Below are positions 58,259 through 64,000 of a stretch of 64,000 bases of DNA, one piece after another. The first letter of the stretch is position 1, and every line of letters begins with the position of its first letter. The DNA is from Oxalobacteraceae bacterium (GTDB lineage: Bacteria; Pseudomonadota; Gammaproteobacteria; Burkholderiales; Burkholderiaceae_D): positions 129,188 through 193,187 of the forward strand of contig JANXTY010000061.1 in NCBI GenBank assembly GCA_025352145.1. Direction: 5' to 3'. The notes below the pieces were generated by a model. The model made no database searches. It was not told where the DNA came from and saw only the letters and a list, made by a program, of their open reading frames with translations. The translations under genes and the position numbers were made by a program.

Positions 58259-58306
58259 CAACATCAGCATCAAAACCAACATCAAAACCAACATCAAAAC
58301 CGGCAA
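58259..58306. repeat. 12-bp tandem repeat (caaaaccaacat), two perfect plus two degenerate units
   Basis: Perfect units at 58271-58282 and 58283-58294. Flanking units are caacatcagcat and caaaaccggcaa. Confidence 0.8.
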
Positions 58307-58349
58307 CCGCTGGCGACAGTGAAATATGTTGGGATTGAAAAATCTCTTA

Positions 58350-60230
58350 CTACGCGCCAGTTTCCTCCGCCACAGGCGACCCCAACCCCAGCCCCTCATC
58401 CGCACGCGCCTGCTGCCTTGCCCACATTTGCGCATACGCGCCATCCATTGCCAGCAGTTGCGGATGCGTGCCGCGTTCGATGATGCGGCCGTGGTCTAGT
58501 ACCAGGATTTGCTGGGCATCGGCGATCGTGGATAAGCGGTGTGCAATGACGAGGGTGGTGCGGCTTTTGGCGATTTCTTGTAGTTGGGCCTGGATCGCTT
58601 GTTCGGCTTTGGAATCTAACGCTGAGGTGGCTTCGTCGAAGATGAGGATGGCGGGATTTTTCAGCAGGGTTCTGGCGATGGCGACGCGCTGTTTTTCGCC
58701 GCCGGATAATTTCAGGCCGCGCTCGCCGACCATGGAGGCGTAGCCGTCGGGCAGGCTTTCGATGAAGTCGTGGATCGAGGCAGCTTTGGCAGCGGCCACG
58801 ATGTCGTCCTTGCTGGCGCCCGGCTTGCCGTAGGCGATGTTGTATTCGATGGTGTCGTTGAACAGGACGGTATCTTGCGGCACGATGCCGATGGCTTGAC
58901 GTAGCGATGCTTGCGTGATGTCGCGCAGGTTCTGGCCGTCGATGGTGATGCCGCCGCCATTGACTTCATAGAAGCGAAACAGCAGGCGCGAGAGTGTCGA
59001 TTTTCCCGATCCGCTGTGGCCGACCACGGCGGTGGTGGTGCCGGGCGCGATGGTGAAATCGACGTCGAACAGGATTTGGCGATTGGCTTCGTAACTGAAT
59101 TGGACGTGGGAAAATTTGACCTCGGCGCCGCGTACATTGAGCGGGGCAGCTTGCGGCGCATCGGCGATTTCGCGGTGCTGCGACAGCAGGGCGAACAGGC
59201 GTTCCATGTCGGCCAGGCTTTGTTTGATCTCGCGGTAAATCACACCGAGAAAATTGAGCGGGATATACAGTTGGATCATGAAGGCATTGACCAGCACCAG
59301 ATCGCCCAGCGTCATCTTGCCGTCGATTACGCCTTGGGTGGCGCGCCACAGGATCAGCGTGACGGCGGTGGCGATGATGATCGATTGGCCGGTGTTGAGC
59401 AGCGACAGCGATGTTTGCGATTTGACGGCGGCATTTTCGAACGTCTGCAAGCCTTCATCGTAGCGTCGCGCTTCGTAGTCTTCGTTGCCGAAATATTTGA
59501 CCGTTTCGTAATTGATGAGCGAATCGATGGCCTTGGTATTGGCTTTGGAATCGAGGTCGTTCATGGTGCGCCGGAAATGGGTGCGCCAGTCGGTGATGAG
59601 AATGGTGAAAATGATGTACAGGGTGAGCGCCGCTACCGTGATCACAGAGAACCATAGATCGTAATGCGACATGAGGTAGATCAGCACCAGCGTGATTTCA
59701 ACCAGCGTCGGCAGGATATTGAACAGCGTAAACGACACCAGCGAAGAGATGCCGCGCGTGCCGCGTTCGATGTCGCGTGTCATGCCACCGGTCTGGCGGT
59801 TGAGATGGAAACGCAATGACAGCGCATGCAGATGGCGGAACACGCGCAGCGCGATGGTGCGCACCGCCCGCTGGGTGACGCGGGCAAACATGAACTCGCG
59901 TAACTCTGTAAATAAGGTGGTCAGGGCGCGCAATGCGCCATAGGCTGCCAGAATGCCGAGCGGCAGCACCAGGATCGCTTGCGGATTTTTTGGACTGATG
60001 GTCATGCTATCGACCAGCGCTTTGAGTACCAGCGGCACGCCGACGTTGGCTAGTTTGGCGCCGACTAAAAATAATAGCGCTAGCAATACCCGCCATTTGT
60101 AAACCCACAAGTAAGGAAACAATGTCTTCAGCGTGGCCCAGTCATTGCGCGGAGGTTGTCCTGCAGCTGGGGAAGGGGCGGGTGGTGAGCTGGGGTGGCG
60201 GCGCATGGTGGGTAATTTTTGATGAGTCAA
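58350..60230 (-). CDS. ABC transporter permease/ATPase fusion (ABCB, ATM1/HMT-type exporter)
   Basis: 626 aa. Six-TM domain, then Walker A GHSGSGKST, LSGGEKQR signature and Walker B ILIFDEATSALD. The N-terminal part resembles bacterial Atm1/AtmA. Confidence 0.85.
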   Translation of the reverse strand: MTHQKLPTMRRHPSSPPAPSPAAGQPPRNDWATLKTLFPYLWVYKWRVLLALLFLVGAKLANVGVPLVLKALVDSMTISPKNPQAILVLPLGILAAYGALRALTTLFTELREFMFARVTQRAVRTIALRVFRHLHALSLRFHLNRQTGGMTRDIERGTRGISSLVSFTLFNILPTLVEITLVLIYLMSHYDLWFSVITVAALTLYIIFTILITDWRTHFRRTMNDLDSKANTKAIDSLINYETVKYFGNEDYEARRYDEGLQTFENAAVKSQTSLSLLNTGQSIIIATAVTLILWRATQGVIDGKMTLGDLVLVNAFMIQLYIPLNFLGVIYREIKQSLADMERLFALLSQHREIADAPQAAPLNVRGAEVKFSHVQFSYEANRQILFDVDFTIAPGTTTAVVGHSGSGKSTLSRLLFRFYEVNGGGITIDGQNLRDITQASLRQAIGIVPQDTVLFNDTIEYNIAYGKPGASKDDIVAAAKAASIHDFIESLPDGYASMVGERGLKLSGGEKQRVAIARTLLKNPAILIFDEATSALDSKAEQAIQAQLQEIAKSRTTLVIAHRLSTIADAQQILVLDHGRIIERGTHPQLLAMDGAYAQMWARQQARADEGLGLGSPVAEETGA

Positions 60231-60424
60231 TCCAAGATTGTAGCCGTTCGTGCTGATTGCAGTGAGGGAGTCGTAATGAGACGGCTATTCGATGTATTTT
60301 CTTGTGGAGCAAGCTAAATTTTTAGGCGAGCTAGTTCGTGCAGATTGCGGGGATGCAGTGGTATTGTTTTACAGGACGGAGGTAAGTTGATAGCATGGGT
60401 TGAAAGCCACCTAATCTAAGGAAT

Positions 60425-60877
60425 ATGAACATGACATCCGTATCGAATCCCCATTCTCTGCATCCATGTGAAGGTGGGTTACCTCCGGGGAAAATGCCAA
60501 CGCTAAGAGTGATGTCGATGCCCTCGGATGCTAATGTGCATGGCGATGTATTCGGTGGCTGGATCATGGCGCAAGTCGATATTGCCGGTTCGTTGCCGGC
60601 GACGCGGCGTGCCAATGGTCGAATAGCGACCATTGCGGTCAATTCTTTTTTGTTCAAGCAACCGGTATTCGTTGGTGATTTACTGTCCTTTTATGCCGAT
60701 ATTGTGAAGGTGGGAAACACTTCGATTACGGTCTATGTGGAAGTTTACGCCGAGCGCAATCGCCTTCAGGCAGAGACAGTCAAAGTGACGGAAGCTACCC
60801 TTACGTATGTCGCTACCGGCGAAGATCGCAAGCCACGCCAATTGCCGCCGCTTGATACCTTGATTGCGCAGCGTTAG
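60425..60877 (+). CDS. acyl-CoA thioesterase (hotdog fold, YciA-like)
   Basis: LRVMSMPSDANVHGDVFGGWIMAQVD parallels E. coli YciA LRTLAMPADTNANGDIFGGWLMSQMD. The start may be internal. Confidence 0.85.
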   Translation: MNMTSVSNPHSLHPCEGGLPPGKMPTLRVMSMPSDANVHGDVFGGWIMAQVDIAGSLPATRRANGRIATIAVNSFLFKQPVFVGDLLSFYADIVKVGNTSITVYVEVYAERNRLQAETVKVTEATLTYVATGEDRKPRQLPPLDTLIAQR

Positions 60878-60986
60878 TCCGATCCTTTGGACTATTTTTA
60901 TTGAAGTGAGATGGGAATATTGAAGGCAGGACTGACGCAATCTGACACCGGTGATGTGTGCAAAGATCGGGCTGGCATATGATCGA

Positions 60987-61685
60987 TCAATATTCGGAGT
61001 TTGAAGAGTTAATTTGCTTGGGTTTCTGTTTTTTTGCCACAAAATCAAAATTGAATTTAATCAGTTGCGTACTTTTATTGCTGACGCTGATCGTTTGTAG
61101 AAGCGGCGGTTTAAGGGTGCCTAAATCGGGATGCCAAGCCCTGATTTCATAAGAACCGCTGGGCAGGCCATTGAGCGTGACTGTTCCGGTAGCTTCTGTT
61201 TTGGCGAAATAAGGCGTATCGACTACCATCACGTAAGCCCGCATCCAGTCGTGAATCATGCAGTAAATGATCACTATTCCAGGCTTATCGAAAAGAACCG
61301 GGGTTGGGGTGTCTTTCTTGTATAACTTCGATTCAAATTGCTTCGCTGGCGAAAACGATTTTACGTGATGCAGCATCTTATCCATGTTGGGAAATTTAAT
61401 CTGAGTACCGACCCGCACTGCTGTGACATAAGGTGAAAATTGTAAATCTTCTTGGGCGATGTTGACCAAGGGGAGTTTCTCGGCAGGTGGAAGCGGAACG
61501 CCGACCGGTGTAGCGTACACCACTACATCGGACATCAATGCGCCGTTTTTATCTACGGCATTGACATTGACAGAGTCGGCCCAACTCGATGCTACGCCAA
61601 AATTAAGCATCGTAAAAACCAATGCGCGGATCACATACGAACGTTGATTGAGGAGTCGATAGAGTTTTTTCATGGTCGATTTCAT
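60987..61685 (-). CDS. secreted cupredoxin-like protein (often annotated 'methylamine utilization protein')
   Basis: Signal peptide. FPNMDKMLHHV...IIYCMIHDWMRAYVMV gives a His...Cys-x2-His-x2-Met arrangement reminiscent of a type-1 copper site. Confidence 0.55.
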   Translation of the reverse strand: MKSTMKKLYRLLNQRSYVIRALVFTMLNFGVASSWADSVNVNAVDKNGALMSDVVVYATPVGVPLPPAEKLPLVNIAQEDLQFSPYVTAVRVGTQIKFPNMDKMLHHVKSFSPAKQFESKLYKKDTPTPVLFDKPGIVIIYCMIHDWMRAYVMVVDTPYFAKTEATGTVTLNGLPSGSYEIRAWHPDLGTLKPPLLQTISVSNKSTQLIKFNFDFVAKKQKPKQINSSNSEY

Positions 61686-61747
61686 GCTCGAAAATGGTCG
61701 TTGATGAAGGAGGTTAATACGGGCAATGTGCTTACATCGCCCGCAGG

Positions 61748-62209
61748 TTATTTTGTGACGATACTACTCTGCATCGGCGCTAGTTTGGCAATCAATTTAT
61801 TTTGGAGGCTTGAGGGAATACCTTGTTTATCCATGGCGATTTGCAAATCCTCTGCCAACGCATTGAAACCAGCGTTCGTAATGTCTTTGTCCGCGTGCGT
61901 CTTACGCATGCTTTTGCCACTATATTGACATGGCCCACCCAAAAGATCGCAAAATTGTTCTGTCAAAAGAAAGCCGAGACGTTCCACATCCGCATCCTTA
62001 AATTTATCCTTGATGCGCGGATCAGCCAGAACGATAGGTAAAAACGCATCGACTACGTTCTTGATGCCCTCTTTTCCACCGAATGCCTGATACGCCGCGT
62101 CATTCGCAGTGATGGTTGGGGTTAGCGTTTGCGTAAAACCGGCGCTTGAACCTAACAGAGCAAATAACGTGATGCTCAAAATAGAAACAGTCTTGGAAAA
62201 AACCTGCAT
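61748..62209 (-). CDS. group 1 truncated haemoglobin (trHbN) with a predicted signal peptide
   Basis: AYQAFGGKEGIKNVVDAFLPIVLADPRIKDKF...LTEQFCDLLGGPCQYSGKSMRKTHADKDIT is a typical 2-on-2 globin. The N-terminus MQVFSKTVSILSITLFALLGSSAGF looks like a Sec signal. Confidence 0.8.
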   Translation of the reverse strand: MQVFSKTVSILSITLFALLGSSAGFTQTLTPTITANDAAYQAFGGKEGIKNVVDAFLPIVLADPRIKDKFKDADVERLGFLLTEQFCDLLGGPCQYSGKSMRKTHADKDITNAGFNALAEDLQIAMDKQGIPSSLQNKLIAKLAPMQSSIVTK

Positions 62210-62221
62210 GATTCCTCCTTT

Positions 62222-63127
62222 TTAGAAGCCTACTTGAAGCGAAGCATACGGTCCGCTTTGGCGTTTTTTATTAAATATCGTGATATCGCCCAAGGAGGCA
62301 TAAGCCGCCGTAAACGAACAGTTCTTACTTGGAAAATAAGCGACGAATAGATCGCTATAATCTTTCTCCTTGTCCACGGCCAGATTGTGCGGCTTCATTC
62401 GGTATTCGACGCCAGCGACCAGTTTTCGGTTGATCAAATAAGCGGCCGATATTTCCGGCATCGCTTGATAGCGGTTACCCTTGTCGCCGCCAAAACCGAG
62501 AATGCCCATTTGATTCGCTTTGGTAACGCGGATCGTGCCATTGAGCAGCAGACTTTGCGCAAGAAAAATTTTCGTTGCGGACACATAATAATCTGTTCCT
62601 TTATCGTCCTTTGCACCCAGCTGTTTTACATTGTTGACGCTTAAGGCGCTCAATCCTTCCACGCCTTTATTGCGCTTGTACATCAATCCGATCGCAATTT
62701 GTGGCATAGCGTTATCTTGGTCGTATACCGCATCGCCTGCCAGCTTGAGTTTCAGACCAACAATATCCTGCTTGATGCGAAGTTGATTAAGGGGCGCCAG
62801 ACTCCCCTGAAAATCCTGAGTGGCGAACGATAGTTCCACGCGGTCAGCAATCCCTAGCGCTACGCCGGATGATGCGAGGGAATAGTCCTGGGTTTTCACC
62901 AATGTTGTGTGGGCATTCGCCCCAAAACTGTCTCGCGTGCCGTAGCCTGTAATCATGGCCCAGGGCGTCAATCCGCCACCGCCTGCTCCCTCCAGCTGAC
63001 TGACGCCACCTGTCGCAATCAACTTACCCATGTCGGGCGCATTCAGAATCTGCGCCACCGCCTGTTCGCTAGCGAAAAGACACAAACTACTGGCCACTAT
63101 CAGGGCACGCCGTTTATTGAAATGCAT
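62222..63127 (-). CDS. DUF3034-like secreted / outer-membrane protein
   Basis: MHFNKRRALIVASSLCLFASEQAVAQ signal peptide, alternating beta-strand pattern, and a C-terminal ...ASLQVGF aromatic terminus typical of OM beta-barrels. Confidence 0.55.
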   Translation of the reverse strand: MHFNKRRALIVASSLCLFASEQAVAQILNAPDMGKLIATGGVSQLEGAGGGGLTPWAMITGYGTRDSFGANAHTTLVKTQDYSLASSGVALGIADRVELSFATQDFQGSLAPLNQLRIKQDIVGLKLKLAGDAVYDQDNAMPQIAIGLMYKRNKGVEGLSALSVNNVKQLGAKDDKGTDYYVSATKIFLAQSLLLNGTIRVTKANQMGILGFGGDKGNRYQAMPEISAAYLINRKLVAGVEYRMKPHNLAVDKEKDYSDLFVAYFPSKNCSFTAAYASLGDITIFNKKRQSGPYASLQVGF

Positions 63128-63827
63128 ATTTATTTTCCTCCTGTAAAAATGTAATCCGTATCTACGTTCCAATATACCGGTGCTTATTTTTAATGTTTTG
63201 AAAAATAGCCATCTCTACGCGTCATTCTACATTTGCATTTTGAACCGTAGAGTCAGTTGCCCAAATACGTTACGGGAGTTGTGACCATTAATCGATTCAG
63301 ATGGGCGCCATAAAGTAAATCGATGCACTTCATTTCTGATCGGTTTCTTGGTTTCCCCCGCACGTTTTCATCCCATTTCTTTGTGTTAGGGGAGGGTGCG
63401 CGTTCCTGTAAGCCAAGTAAGGCCTAAGCGCACAGAGTATGTACCTAGCTCAAATTAACCTAACATAACGCACTAGTGGCCCATCCAGTTTCACATTTTA
63501 TTTAAAACTGGATGGGACAAATAAATCGCTGGGCGAGCGCTTTGAATTTAACTCTTCGATATTCTATGGCTTTTAACGAAGCTACATTTATCTATAGGGA
63601 GCGCATATTTTCCAAGCCATTAGATATTTAAAAAATAATTTCTTCATATTTATTTTCACAAGGACTGTTATTATATACAGCAATTAAGGCGATCTATTTT
63701 GCGCTTGTGTTGGAGGTCAACAACAACATCACTATTATCTGGTAGTGAATTTATTTACGTTCAGTTACACTTTTGGCGTAGTTTATAGGCGGCCCTGGCC
63801 TTCAAGATACACACATGGAAAATATTT

Positions 63828-64000
63828 ATGCGTCACAGTGGTAGCAAACATGCGCAAGCAAGCGCTTTAATCATGGCATTGATGGCTTTCTCCTTCGGGA
63901 GTGACGCATTCGCGCAAGCCGCGCCTGTTGCTGCCAACACGGAAATGGTCATTGTCACGGGCTTTCGTGCCAGCTTGCAAAGTTCTATTGCAGTCAAGAA
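63828..64000 (+). CDS. TonB-dependent receptor, N-terminal fragment (runs off the window)
   Basis: Signal peptide (ALMAFSFGSDAFAQ) followed by MVIVTGFRASLQSSIAVK, the TonB-box region typical of carbohydrate-type TBDRs. Confidence 0.6.
   Translation, partial: MRHSGSKHAQASALIMALMAFSFGSDAFAQAAPVAANTEMVIVTGFRASLQSSIAVK

Noticed and set aside
58259-58306. Possible CRISPR array, raised by the tandem 12-bp units.
   Set aside because: The units are contiguous with no spacers, far shorter than CRISPR repeats, and no cas genes are present in the window.
58911-59657. 248-aa + ORF and other long ORFs inside the ABC exporter gene.
   Set aside because: They are antisense or alternate-frame shadows. The minus frame contains intact Walker A/B and ABC signature motifs.
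1-64000. tRNA, rRNA, tmRNA, riboswitch, integrase, transposase or prophage content.
   Set aside because: I scanned the intergenic regions by eye and saw no cloverleaf-like or known riboswitch consensus sequences, and no ORF with integrase or transposase motifs. The absence should be confirmed with tRNAscan-SE, Infernal and ISfinder.

Overview
The window reads as a betaproteobacterial chromosome segment; the Burkholderiales/Oxalobacteraceae-like assignment is inferred only from gene content and synteny. I call about 58 protein-coding genes. I found no rRNA, tRNA, CRISPR array, integrase or transposase by eye.

Layout:
- 1-23 kb: conserved housekeeping genes (ogt', yacG-zapD-coaE-pilD-pilC-pilB, a CNNM/CorC transporter, ispB, rplU-rpmA-obg-proB, rppH, proS, ffh, gcdH, uppP, recQ).
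- 23.2-29.6 kb: a lipid-enzyme cluster that matches the poorly understood E. coli ynbABCD operon (CdsA paralog, hydrolase-methyltransferase fusion, CDP-alcohol phosphatidyltransferase, PAP2-DSP phosphatase fusion). It is rearranged here and extended by a divergent patatin-like gene and an SDR. This is my top candidate for an undescribed system.
- 29.9-43.1 kb: an accessory block of secreted or lipoprotein pectin (rhamnogalacturonan-I type) enzymes: GH2, GH43-like, CE12-like, PL9-like beta-helix and PL4-like lyase. It is split by a PepSY / membrane protein / periplasmic protein / OmpR-type two-component module.
- 43.7-50 kb: DUF1800-DUF1501 pair, ppnN, cupin, lipoprotein.
- 50-56.4 kb: DUF3025-pyrC, then a 1265-aa membrane M48 metalloprotease with a very large uncharacterised C-terminal region, co-transcribed with a small membrane protein.
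- 56.5-64 kb: DUF1801 and DUF2971-like orphans next to a composite nested-repeat region, an ATM1-type ABC exporter, a YciA-like thioesterase, a secreted truncated haemoglobin / cupredoxin / DUF3034 trio, and the start of a TonB-dependent receptor.

Non-genic structure:
- A family of GGCATGCC-centred REP-like palindromes at 29.7, 43.3 and 50.0 kb.
- A diverged ~150-bp duplication that carries a gene junction plus a lipoprotein signal peptide (34.0 kb and 35.4 kb).
- Several clean hairpin terminators.

All family assignments come from motif and sequence recognition by eye. No database search was run.
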